Shown in pieces: positions 24,312 to 36,829 of a stretch of 64,000 nt of DNA. This stretch comes from Mobula hypostoma. Lineage: Eukaryota. The notes beneath the pieces were generated by a model that saw only the letters and a list, made by a program, of their open reading frames with translations, ran no database searches and was not told where the DNA came from. How positions within the stretch are numbered: position 1 is the first letter of the stretch; each line of letters begins with the position of its first letter. Where the stretch lies: the NCBI RefSeq assembly GCF_963921235.1, contig NC_086097.1, positions 127,102,001 through 127,166,000 on the forward strand, in the 5' to 3' direction. The position numbers were made by a program, and so were the translations under genes.

Positions 24312-26964
24312 TTCCTTTTCCTTAACAGTTAACAGGGCTCTCACAAGTTTCCCACACCAGTGCTCTCACCCCCTCTTTGGCCAGAGTAAGGTGAATTTCA
24401 TCTAACGCCTTCAAGAGATCATCCTTCGAAACTTCTGCCATTCTGAATGTGATTCCACCACCAGGTCTGTTTTCTCCGTCCTTTCCTTTTGAGCATTCCA
24501 CAGAGATCCTCTGGTCCACTTCTTGGATACTTACCCATGCATGCATTTCAGATCATAATCAGAGATTTCAACCGGGCTTGTTTGAAGAAAACCCTGTCTA
24601 ATTACCATCAGCATATAACCTGGAGCACCAGAGGTCCCAACATACTAGACCGCTGTTATACTAAGGTAAGGAATGCCTACCGTTCTATGCCCAGACTGTA
24701 TTTCTGGAAATCTGATCACTTGGCTGTCCTTCTACCGGCATACGGGCAGAGACTAAAGAGCAAAGCTCTAGAGATCAGGACAACAAAGGGATGTCTCAGG
24801 TGGAGCAGCTACAGGATTGCCGTGTTCAAGGGCTCAGAGGACCTGAATGAATACATCATGGTTGTAATGGACTTTATTAAAACATCTGTAGAGGAGTGTA
24901 TACCCACAAAATCAATCAGAAGCCCTGGATCAGACATGAGATCGAAAGTCTGCTGAGTCTGCCAAGGCATTCAAGTCTGGTGACCAAGAAATTTACAAGA
25001 GGACCAGTTACTGTGTTATTATGTGTGCATAATAAAGAACTCCAGTTCCCTGTGGGCAATGAAAGGTGTTCACCCAGAACCAAAAGTTACGATGGTGGAC
25101 TGGTTGCATGCACACAGGGTTGAGCTGCAGTTCAGTAATAAAATCAGCTAACATAAACCCATGCCAAGTTTGTCTTAGTTAAGAGCAAACTTAACATGGT
25201 GTCAGAAGATGGCATGAGGTTGAAACACAGAGACAACATTTGAGGAGCATTTTATTCCAAGTTAAATCATCACATTTGAGAAATGTAGGTTCTTTTCCTA
25301 TGACCAGAAAGAAGGTGTTAGCTTCAACCAATACTTAGCTGAGCTTCACACACTGAGTAAGTCCTGTGAATTTGGAGATTTGAGGAACTCTCTAGTTAGA
25401 GACAGAATATTTGTGAAATTCCAAATGATGGACTCAGAGGAAGACTGCTGCTTGAAGAAGATTTGAGGCTGGAAAAGGCTCTGGGTATGTGTTGGGCAGC
25501 AGAGACCACACAAACACAAGCTAAGGAGCTGCACAGGGCAGACATAACAATGTATGCTGTGAAAACAGGGGAACAGCACACAAGATGTTTCCCAAAGCAA
25601 CAGCATAGCAAAGAGGGAGGCTCAGACAGTGAATGCAACAAATATGGATGTAGTTACATTACAAAGGTGTGTGCTGCTTATGGAAAGTCCTGCAATAATT
25701 GTGGGAAGAAGAATCATTTGGCAAAGTGCTGCAGAGCTGGGGCTACCAAGAGAAGGGTGCACACGGTTGTTGAGGAAATGGAGGAATACTTTGTTGATTC
25801 TCTACAGACTGCTGATGCTAGTGAAACAGAACAGGTCATTCCAGTGACTGTGAATGAGACAGTAATTCCATTCAAGCTTGACACAGTAACTCAGGTGAAT
25901 CTGTTATCCATGGATGATTACAAGACTCTCACAGTACAGAGCAAGATCTTCCCATTGAAATTAAAAGTGACAGGCTATACTGGAGAGAAAATTCCATTAA
26001 AAGGGAGCTGTATAGAGACCTTCGAACATAAGGGCAGCATCTAAACGCACAGCTACAAATGGTAGTAAAGACAGTACAGCTGATATTAGGTCTGAGTGTA
26101 TGTAAAAAGCTCAACCTGCTGAAAAGAGTTTTCATAGTGGCTTCACAGAACGAAGATGACCACACTTCACTCGCGGAAGAGTTTGCAGATGTCTTTGAGG
26201 GGGTTGGATGCTTACCTGGTATTAAAAAAAATCCACGTAGATGAGACAGTAACTCCTGTTGTCCATGCATGCAGCAAAGTTCCGTTTGCACTTAAACTAG
26301 AACTAGCACACATGGAATGGATATATGTCATGCAGAAAATTGAAGAACCAGCAGACTGGATGAGGTCACTGGTGATTGTGTAAAAGAAAAATGGAACATT
26401 GCAGATATGTCTAGATGTAAGGGATCTCAATAAAGCCATCATGAGAGCACATTTTAAATTGCCAACACGGGAGGAGATCATGTCCATGTCCCGGTTTGCA
26501 GGTGCCAAGTGGTTTAGCAAACTTGATGTGTCATCTGGGTTTTGGCAGATGAAGCTTAAAGGGACAAGTTTGAGATTGTGTACTATTTATACACCGCAGG
26601 GACGATATCAGTTTCTTCAGCTACTGTATGGAGCTCTGTCCACACCAGACGTCTACCATAAAACCATCCACCTGGTACTGAGACCATGATGGATGATATC
26701 ATCATCTGGGGGTCCACCAAGGATGAACATGATGCACACTGAGACAAGTGCTTGATGTGACACGGAATGTCAATTTGAAATTAAATAAAAGAGAAATGTG
26801 AGTTTGGTGTTAAGACACTGACCATAGGAGATGTCATATCAGAAGAGGAAGTGAAGCCTAACCCAAGAAAGATGTCAGACAAACTTTTGAAGTGGAGACA
26901 GACCACAAACCATGGGTCTCAATTATATCCAAACCACTGAATGACTGTCCCATGAGGAAACAGC

Positions 26965-28013
26965 GCATGTTCTGGTTTAAAATGGCACTACCGGACATGT
27001 GCAACAGCTCACTGGTAGTTCAAAAGCAAAGGAATTCCACTAAAACATTACTAATAACACCTTTTCTGAAGTAAATTGTAGAAATTATCACTGCAAACGA
27101 TGAAGAGGTGAGTGAAGGCGAAGCAAGCGAATTTGAGGGATGAACCGTGCTGGTATGTTGCCGAACTGACGCAGATGGAGTGAACCACTCAAAGAGGAGA
27201 GGTCAAGGCAGAAGAGTTTCAATGTACAACTGGCCCAGGAGCAAGACTGGATTGCTCTGGGTGCCGAGCCAATGTAGAGAAATTAAGAGTGGGTTTGGGC
27301 TGGGCAGCAAAATCTGGACCCGGAGCAAGTCACTGGGTGGCATGTTCTAGGCCTGGATCCTTTCTCTGCAGCGGTTCCCGGGTCCTGGTGCGAGGAACAA
27401 TACACTGTATGGTCCTCATGCGAGCTACAATACATTGTTTGGATAATTTAATTGAAGCACTCGAAAGACAGGGTGTCAGGATTGGAGGCAAGAACTGATT
27501 TTGCTCACTCTCCCATGATGTTCACTTCTCCTCGCTAATACGATGGACTGATACCAGGCTTGTGCCTACTCCAGGCTGCTCCAGGGTTTGGATCTGAGGA
27601 CTCATTTTGGTTCTGAATGTTGTCGCTTCTATTGTTTGCATGATTTGTGTTTTTTTTTCCTTTCTCTGCACTTCGGGTGTTGGTCTTTATTTTATTTTTT
27701 CTAATTGGGTTCTTTTGGGTTTCTTGCTTTGTGGCTGCCTATAAGCAAACAAATCTCAAGGTTGCAAACAACAGGAATTCTGCAGATGCTGGAAATTCAA
27801 GCAACACACATAAAAATTGCTGGTGAATGCAGCAGGCCAGGCAGCATCTCTAGGAAGAGGTGCAGTCGACGTTTCAGTACGAGACCCTGACGAAGGGCCT
27901 CGGCCTGAAACGTCAATTGCACCTCTTCCTAGAGATGCTGCCTGGCCTGCTGCAAATCTCAAGGTTGTATTACTTATACACTCGTTGATAATAAATGTAC
28001 TTTGAAATCTTTG
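26965..28013 (+). mobile_element. Non-autonomous retroposon with Rex1-like tail nested in Gypsy pol
   Basis: Interrupts pol after PMRKQR. Ends AATAAATGTACTTTGAAATCTTTGAA. Related tails lie inverted at ~2155 and ~46505. Confidence 0.55.
27765..27952. mobile_element. Penelope-derived palindromic insertion with hammerhead-like core
   Basis: 15-bp TSD CAAATCTCAAGGTTG (27750-27764 and 27953-27967). ~50-bp inverted arms. CTGACGA (27887) - stem-loop - GAAAC GTC (27907-27914). Confidence 0.8.
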
Positions 28014-29109
28014 AAATGTTGACAAGGCTGCAGAAATATGATGTGGTGATGACCTACACACCAGGAAAATACGTTTGCTACTGATGCATTGTTTTGAGCA
28101 GTCAACAAGACAGAAAAGAGTGACCAAAAGGCTAATACAATCATATAGACCGATGTTGACATGATTGTCACCTCCCTTCCAGTATCTCCTGATAGAACAG
28201 AGCAGAATAGGAGAAAAGCAAGGTCAGATGAAACAATGAAAGAACTCAGATACAATATGGAAAGGGTGACCAACAGCTAAGAATGGCTGTCCAATGTGTA
28301 TTCAAGGTTATTGGGTATGCAGAGCTGAACTGTCAGTAGTGGAAGATGTGGTCTTCAAAGGGGACAGGTTTGTGATTCCGTGTCGCTACACAAGGAAATG
28401 CTTCAGAAAATTCATGAAGGACATCTTGGTGAGGAAAAACGTAAACATAGATTTCGTGAAATGATGTACTGGCCAAGAGTGGAACAAGACATCAGCCGGA
28501 TCAGTGCTTCATGTGAGATATGCCTTTTCCAACTGACCAAAGCAGCAAGCAGAACCATTTACACCACACCCTGTACCAGATTGGCCATACGTTCAAAGTT
28601 GAAATGGATTTGTTTGAACGTAATGGGAGGAGTCATATTGTTGTAACAGACTATATTTCCAATTACCTAGAGGATGGAACACTGCAATCAACATCCATCA
28701 AAGTGGTCATCGCCTTCCTGAAAGCTGTGTTTACAAGGCATGGAGTTCCATGTGAAGTGGTATCAGATAATTGTCCACAATTCTTGAGCTATTAATTTGA
28801 GTTCTTTGCCAATGATTGGGGGGGTTTCATCATATAATTTCAAGCCCACATCACACAAAATCTAATGGCCCAGCAGGGAGTTCGGTCAAGGTAGTAAAGG
28901 GTCTCACGAAGAAAGCGCAAGATGGATGAGTGGATTTCCACAAAAGTCTGATGATTTACAGAAGTGCACTGCTGCAGAATGGACTTTCACCAGCCCAAAT
29001 ACTGATGGGTCGACACAGCCACATTAACCTTCCAGTGCACGCAAACTTATTGACACCGAAAGGAGCACTCAAGATCAAACTGGCTAAAGTAAAAGGGAAG
29101 GAGAAACAG

Positions 29110-29648
29110 TGTCGAAAAATTTACTCTAATTTACTATAAAAGAATCTTGTCACCAATTACTGTGAGAAACTTTACTCTGTTAGGGAACAGAAATAAAGAG
29201 GCAGACCTCAGCATATGTTTAACCCTTTTTTAATGTGATCACGGGGAGCCGTTGTCTTACAACTCCGACAATGCCAGGTTACATCTTAGATTTATACAGT
29301 AAATTTTGGGCAATCGCCAACAGCTAAACATACTTGGTCAGCAATTTTCAAAGCACTTGTTGGTATCAGCAAGTTTTCTAGCGTTCCTTGCGATGTACAA
29401 AATTAGAGATACATGTCCACAGTTAGTTCCTCTATTTCCTATTTGCTAAGCAATCTCAGAAAAAGGTTAACAATACCTCATTTTTAATACAATCTATGTC
29501 TAGCTATTGTTAGCTCGCACAAGCAGGTCAACATCTGCCTCTTATCCTGTCACCCTCATGACCCAGGTTTTGAGCAATATCCAGCTAGACAAGCTTGACA
29601 ACAACATTTAATTCAAAATTAATCTTAATTGTATAATTTTCTTCGATA
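29110..29648 (-). mobile_element. Solo LTR inserted in Gypsy integrase tail
   Basis: TGTCGAA...TTCGATA termini and 5-bp TSD AACAG. Removing it restores the reading KEKQ-YHDKTAKSLP. Confidence 0.8.
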
Positions 29649-31196
29649 AACAGTATCATGACAAGACTGCAAAAAGTCTACCTCCTGAAGCATGGAGATC
29701 AAGTGTGAATTCGATTTCATGATTCTGGTACGTGGTCCATGCAAGGATATGTGCAAGAGGAAGTAGGTCCACATTCCTACCAGATCCAGACAAAGTGGCG
29801 GACACCTCTGAGAAAGAATTGTGTGGATCTATGACCATGAGCTCTAACCCATAGCTGAGACGCATCACCTGCCAGTGCACCAAAGGCACCAGCATATGGA
29901 AAAAATTAACATATTGATCAAAGTTCTCAGAGAGACACAAGTATTAATGCAGCAAATGCAAGCAAATAGACCTGTCGAAGCAAATAGCTGACAAAAAAGG
30001 ACCAATAAACCACCTCGGAGACAGATTGAAAGTTGAAAAGTGGGTAAGGGACTGTCGTTGCTTATTACAATTGAAATTGAAATGTCGAATAGTTAAAAAT
30101 TCAAAATAAAAGATGAGAGACTGGCTATGGAATGTAGATACCTTAGTTGGAAAGGATTATCACTCCCTGCAGGTTTCTGAGGACATAGTTTTTCTTTCAA
30201 GGGGGAAGATGGATTATTATATGTGCATAATAAAAAAAAAATGCAATTCCCAGTGGGTAATGTGAGGGGATCACCTGGAACTGGAAGCTACGATAGTGAC
30301 CTGGTTATGTGGGCACAAGGTTGAGCAGCATTTCGGTCCTAAAATGTTCTAACGTAAACCCATGCAGAGTTTGTCTTTATTAACAACAAACATAACACCC
30401 CACAAAATTAATCAGAAGCCCTGGAGGATCCATGACATCTGAAATCTGCTGAGAACCAAATCAGAGGCATTCATGTCTGGTGACCAAGGAAGTTACAAGA
30501 GTCCAATTATGATCTTCAGAAAGCCATCTAATGGGTGAAGTGGCATTTAGGGACCAAACTTGAATCAACAAAGGATGCTTGACATTTGTGACACAGCTTG
30601 AACACTATCACCTCTTATAAAGTTAAATCAAGCGACATAGGAGACAGCAGGGCTTCACTTCCAGATGAGCTCAATGCCTTCTATGCTCCCTTTGATGGTC
30701 AAACATAGAGGAACTATGTCCCCCAATGATCCTATGATTTCAGTCTCTGATGCTAATGTGCAAGCAGCCTTCAGCATCTGGCCCAGATGGGATATCTGGC
30801 AGAGTAGCTGATCAACTGGCTAGTGTGTTCACTGAGATCTTTAACCTCTCACTTTGGCAGTGTGTGGTACCCACCTGCTTCAAGCAGGTTTCAATTATAC
30901 TGGTGCCCAAGAAGAATGTGGTGACATGAATCACCCAGTAGCACTTACATCCACCGTGATGAAGTGTTTTGAGAGGTTGGTGATGAAACATATCAACTCC
31001 TTCCTGAGAACAGACTTAGATCTGCTTCAATTTGCCTACCAGAGCAACATGTCCACAGCAGATGCCATCACACTGGCTCTTCACTCAACCCTGGAATATC
31101 TGGACAGTCAAGACGCATACATCAGGATGCTCTTTATCAACTGCAGCCCAGCATTCAATGCCATCATCCCTTCAACACTAATCAATAAGCTGCAAG

Positions 31197-32153
31197 TGTC
31201 ATAAGGAGGTGGCTAGGAATGGACACAAGTGCAAGACACAGACACTGAAGTACTAGGGACAGGACTAGGATACAGGGTGAGGGCAAGGACATGGACACAA
31301 AAACCGGGAACCCGGAACAGGACTGGGCAAGAGAGCTAGGAGCCCGGGCTTGGACTCTGAGCCAGAGACTGGACAAGGATGTGCCTTGGCTGGCAGGCAG
31401 GACAAGGCTGGAGTCCTCAGACTTGAGGTGAGGCTGGAGACCAGAGATTTGAGGCAAGGCTTGAGACCAGAGGCTTGAGGCGAGGCTTGGGGCCTGGGGT
31501 CTTGAAGCTTGGCTTGGGGCGAGGCTCGAGGCTTGGGGTCTTGAAGCTTGGCTTGGGGCGAGGCTCGAGGCCTGGGGTCTTGAAGCTTCTCCTGGGCAGG
31601 GTGCGGTACTCCACCCGACAGAGGCGAGGGACAGGAAGGGACAGAACCAACTGCAGGGTAACGGCAACCTGGCCTGACTTACCCGACGGAGGCAAGGGAC
31701 AGGAAGGGAGGTAGGTTCAGGGTGGCTCCAAGACAAGACTTCAGGCGAGATGAGGTGAGAGTTTCCAGCAAGACAAGGCAAGGCTTCAGGCAATGCAAGG
31801 CGAGACAAGAACTTCAGGCAAGGCGAAGGTTACCGGCAAGACAAGGCAAGGCTTCAGGCAATGCAAGGTGAGACAAGAACTTCAGGTGAGCCAAGAGTTA
31901 CCGGCAAGACAAGGCAAGGCTTCAGGCGAGGAAACAGAAGGCAGAGGAAGGGATACAAGGAGTAAGGACAAGAACAATCCAGCAGCCATGCCCTGGTCTC
32001 CGGAGGTATTTATGCAGCCAGCCCGAACGCGAATTAGCTGCCTCAATTAGTGCTCAACAGGAACAGAAACAGAGTAGACAGGAAAACCTGGAGCAAGGGT
32101 CGATGGACCAGACTGTGAACCGGAATGTGGACTTCACGGACCGGACCGTGACA
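31197..32153 (-). mobile_element. Solo LTR (957 bp) with internal tandem repeats
   Basis: TGTCA...TGACA termini and perfect 5-bp TSD GCAAG. Removing it restores Rex1 NKLQ-DLGL. Internal ~36-bp and ~70-bp tandem units. Confidence 0.9.
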
Positions 32154-33642
32154 GCAAGACCTTGGCCTCAATACCTCCTTGAGCAATTGTATCCTGGACT
32201 TCCTCACTTGCAGACACCAGTCAGTTCAGTTTGGCAACAACATCTCCTCCATGATCTCCATCGGCGCAGATGGATCACAAGGCTGTGTGGTTAGCGCCCT
32301 GCTCTACTCACTATAAATCTATGACTCTGTGGCTAAGCATGGCTGTAATGCAATATTCAACTTTGCTGATGACACCACTGTTTGTGGGCTGAATCAAAGG
32401 TGGTGATGAATCAGCATATAGGAGGATGATTGAAAATCTGGCTGAGTGGTGTCATAACAACAACCTTCCACTCAGTATCAGCAAGACCAAGGAGCTGATT
32501 GCAGACTTCAGGAGACGGAAACTAGAGGTCCATGAACCAGTCCTCGTCAGAGGATCAGAGGTGGAGAGAGTCAGCTACTTTAAATTCCTAGGTGTTATTA
32601 TTTTGGAGGACCTGTCCTGGGTCCAGCACACAAATGCAATTATGAAGAAAGCACAGCAGACTTCCTTAGGAGTTTGCAGAGATTCAGCAGGACATCTAAA
32701 ACTTTGGGAAACTTCTATAGATGTGTGGTGGAGGGTCTATTGACTGGCTGCATCACAACCTAGTATGGAAACACCAATGCCCTTGAACAGAAACTCCGAC
32801 AAAAAGTAGTGGATACAGCCCAGTTTATCACGTGTAAAGCCCTCCCAACCATTGAACATATCTGCATGGGACACTGTTGAAGGAAAGCAACATACATTAT
32901 CAGGGACTCCCATCACCCAGGCCATGCTAGCTTCTCACTGTTGCCATCAGGAAGAGGGTACAGGAGCCTTGGAACTCACGCCACTGGGTTTTGGGAACAG
33001 TTACTACCCCTCAACCATAAGGCACTCTAACCAAAGGGGATAACTTCACTTGTCCCATGTTCCCACAACCAATAGACTCACTTTCAAGGACTCTTCATCT
33101 TATATTCTCAATATTTATTGCTTATTTATTTATTATTATTGTTTCTTCTTTTTATATTTGCTCAGTTTGTTCTCTTCTGCACTCTGGTTGAAAACCCTAG
33201 TGGGGGGGGGGTCTTTCATTGATTCTTTATAGTTATTATTCTATAGATTTGTTGAGTATGCTCACAAGAAAATGAATCTCATGGTTGTATATGGTGTCGT
33301 ATATGGTGTCATATATGTATTTTGATAATAAAATTTACTTTCAACTTTGAACCACTCTCTGTGTGAAAAAAACAACTTACCTCTGACATCTCCCCAAAAC
33401 TTTCATCCTTTAAAGTATGTCCTCTACTGTTAGCATTGTAGAATGGGAAAAAGGCTCTGGCAGTCCACTCTAACTATGGCTCTTATAATCTTACACACCT
33501 CTATCACCTCTCATCCTCCTTTGCTCCAAAGAAGAAAGTCCCGGCTCATTCAAACTTTTCACGTAGCATGTGTTCTTTAATGCAGACATCATGTTGGTAA
33601 ATCTCCTTTGTTTCCCTAAAGCTTCCACATCCTTCTTATAAT

Positions 33643-34998
33643 ACTGCTAGAGTCAGTTATCAAGGATGTGATAACAGCACATTTGGAAAGTGGTGAAATG
33701 ATCGGACAAAGTCAGCATGGATTTGTGAAAGGAAAATCATGTCTGACGAATCTCATAGAATTTTTTGAGGATGTAACTAGTAGAGTCGATAGAGGAGAAC
33801 CAGTGGATGTGGTATATTTGGATTTTCAAAAGGCTTTTGACAAGGTCCCAAACAGGAGATTAGTGTGCAAACTTAAAGCACACGGTATTGGGGGTAAGGT
33901 ATTGGTGTGGGTGGAGAATTGGCTAGCAGACAGGAAGCAAAGAGTGGGAATAAACGGGACCTTTTCAGAATGGCAGGCAGTGACTAGTGGGGTACCGCAA
34001 GGCTCAGTGCTGGGACCCCAGTTGTTTACAATATATATTAATGACTTGGATGAGGGAATTAAATGCAGCATCTCCAAGTTTGCGGATGACACGAAGCTGG
34101 GTGGCAGTGTTAGCTGTGAGGAGGATGCTAAGAGGATGCAGGGTGACTTGGATAGGTTGGGTGAGTGGGCAAATTCATGGCAGATGCAATTTAATGTGGA
34201 TAAATGTGAAGTTATCCACATTGGTGGCAAAAATAGGAAAACAGATTATTATCTGAATGGTGGCCGATTAGGAAAAGGGGAGGTGCAACGAGACCTGGGT
34301 GTCATTATAGACCAGTCATTGAAAGTGGGCATGCAGGTACAGCAGGCGGTGAAAAAGGCAAATGGTATGCTGGCATTTATAGCGAGAGGATTCGAGTACA
34401 GGAGCAGGGAGGTACTACTGCAGTTGTACAAGGCCTTGGTGAGACCACACCTGGAGTATTGTGTGCAGTTTTGGTCCCCTAATCTGAGGAAAGACATCCT
34501 TGCCTTCGAGGGAGTACAAAGAAGGTTCACCAGATTGATTCCTGGGATGGCAGGACTTTCATATGAAGAAAGACTGGATGAACTGGGCTTGTACTCGTTG
34601 GAATTTAGAAGATTGAGGGGGGATCTGATTGAAATATATAAGATCCTAAAGGGATTGGACAGGCTAGATGCAGGAAGATTGTTCCCGATGTTGGGGAAGT
34701 CCAGAACGAGGGGCCACAGTTTGAGGATAGAGGGGAAGCCTTTTAGGACCGAGATTAGGAAAAACTTCTTCACACAGAGAGTGGTGAATCTGTGGAATTC
34801 TCTGCCACAGGAAACAGTTGAGGCCAGTTCATTGGCTATATTTAAGAGGGAGTTAGATATGGCCCTTGTGGCTACGGGGGGTCAGGGGGTATGGAGGGAA
34901 TGCTGGGGCGGCGTTCTGAGTTGGATGATCAGCCATGATCATAATAAATGGCGGTGCAGGCTCGAAGGGCCGAATGGCCTACTCCTGCACCTATTTTC
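33643..34998 (+). mobile_element. Young 5'-truncated CR1 LINE with open RT frame (ORF 33668-35011)
   Basis: 447-aa stop-free ORF with HGFVKGKSCLTNL, YLDFQKAFDKV, GVPQGSVLGP and KFADDTKL. TSD TATAAT (33637-33642 and 34999-35004). Inserted into an older minus-strand CR1. Confidence 0.95.
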
Positions 34999-35314
34999 TA
35001 TAATGATCTGACCAGAGATGAACTGAATACTCCAAGTGTGGTCTTACCAGGATTTTTTTAAATTTTGGACTGCAATATTACCTCATGGCTCTTGAACTCA
35101 ATCCACCAACAACTGAAGACCAGCACACAAAATGCCTTCTTAAACACCCTATCAACGTGTTTCAATGTTGATGAATCTATGGATGTGGACTCCAAGATCC
35201 CACTGATCTTCCATTAAGCCTGTACTCTACCTTCAAGTTTGACCTTCCAAATGGTATAATTTGGACAAGAGATTCTGCAGGTGCTGGATCATCTGAAGTG
35301 AAGTATATCAATTC

Positions 35315-35955
35315 TGTAACACCTGTGTAGCACTGTTCTTATCACGTGTGACTAGTCGCCACACTCTGAGAAAAACAAATTATATAGTACTACTATGATG
35401 CTAGTAGGCCATTAGAAGATTCTAGGTATCAGAAGGAGGCAGTGAATAGAAACCACACACTTCTGGACATAAGTTTTGTTTTTACGAGGAACAACCAATA
35501 TGTACAAAATACTTACACGAGCAACAACAATTCAAAATTCCAACATCCTGTTTAGGTTCCAATCTTAGATATCAAACCAAAACAAACTCTCTGTCACAGT
35601 GACAGCTGGCACCTCGATCCAGGAGCAAATGACTGGCAGACTCCCCAAGAAGAGATGGAAACGAGAGGTTAGATATAGGAATATCAACAGAGCACAGGAG
35701 GTATGACTGAATAACACTACAAGACAAACCATTCTCCACAAACACACAGTCAGACTCCACTTACAGAGCACAAGGAGAGCCTCCTTTAAATAGTCATAGA
35801 ATCCGAGAAATGTGCCAATCTAAATTAACTGGCCAAGATTGAGCTGAAAGCACCTGAGTTTAAGGGCTCTAACAATTAGTAAATATAGGTGCTCGAGAAA
35901 CCCTGAAACCCAATGCTTTACTGCAAGCCGCAGAGGCCCATAGTGGCTCGTGACA
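35315..35955 (-). mobile_element. Probable old solo LTR
   Basis: TGTAAC...GTGACA termini and a TATA-like TATTTAAA on minus near 35790. No clear TSD. Confidence 0.45.
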
Positions 35956-36829
35956 CTTACATCATTGGTGGATCTTGTTACTGCTCAGTATCATGTCCCA
36001 TGTAGTTGATGGCACCTTAAACTCATCAACTATGTCTAATATGCTTTTTTCTAATATATTTTTTTTCTAAAAAAAAGCTTTCCTGTTTCTTGTTCTGATG
36101 CTGCTTATCTCTCCCAAATGATTCTGCATCTTGTTCCTTGTTCTTGGTGCCTATATCCCTGCCATCTGTTTGATTTCCCCCTTCAACACTACCAAAACTT
36201 TGCCTGAGGGCATTGACCCAGATCAGGTGAAGTGTAGTGCTTCCAACCTATACTGATCTCACCTTCTCCAGTTCCCCTGGAATCAAAAGCCCTCCCTTCT
36301 GAACCATTGCTTCAGCCACCTAACAAGACTGGCAGCATCTTTGGAGAGAGGAACAGTTAACATTTCAGGATGATGTCCAACAACAGATTCTTGGGATCAT
36401 TGGGATAATACAGCAACTTTGTAGTTCAATCCAGATCTCAAGTCCTGTCTGTGTGGAGTTTGCACATTCTACCTGTGGCCATTTGAGCATCGCAAAGTTG
36501 TGCAGTTTGCAGGGTTAATTAGCTACTCTATATTGTTCCTTGTGTGTTATTGGAGAACACACATGTGGGGAGAATAAAAATGGAATTAGGCTTAATGATG
36601 CTTGATGGTTAGTATAGACTCAGTGGACTGAAGGGCCCATTTCCTTGCTTTATGGTTCCAGGTGATAGTCTATCTGCATACTACAAACAGCAACATAACG
36701 TGAAAGCTTCACTCAACCTCACTTACCCTGTCACTGGGCTGTTCCCACAACCTATGGATTCACTTCTAAGGGCTCTTCACCTCATGTTCCTCATATTATC
36801 ACTTATTTATTATTATTATCTTTTTTTTA

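Larger units (their letters stand above)
25012..30397 (+). mobile_element. Ty3/Gypsy LTR retrotransposon, full outline, degenerate
   Basis: 5' LTR 25012-25196 and 3' LTR 30210-30397 (TG...CA). PBS TGGTGTCAGAAG at 25197 and PPT AAGGGGGAAGA at 30199-30209. Gag knuckle CNNCGKKNHLAKCC, protease FKLDTV, RT DLNKA/SKLDVSSGFWQ/MDDII, RNase H ETDHKP, integrase HEGHLG/VSDNCPQF. Confidence 0.95.
24530..33350 (+). mobile_element. Rex1/Babar LINE split by a Gypsy element and a solo LTR
   Basis: DFNRACLK...KSDHLAVL (endonuclease), PVALTSTVMKCFERLV, FADD at ~32363 and AEWCHNNNL...KTKELIADFRR. Confidence 0.85.

Noticed and set aside
31182..31808. 208-aa minus-strand ORF
   Set aside because: Lies almost wholly in tandem repeats of a TSD-bounded solo LTR.
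33668..35011. 447-aa ORF as a host gene or retron-like RT system
   Set aside because: It is a plain 5'-truncated CR1 ORF2 with TSD and many homologues in the window.
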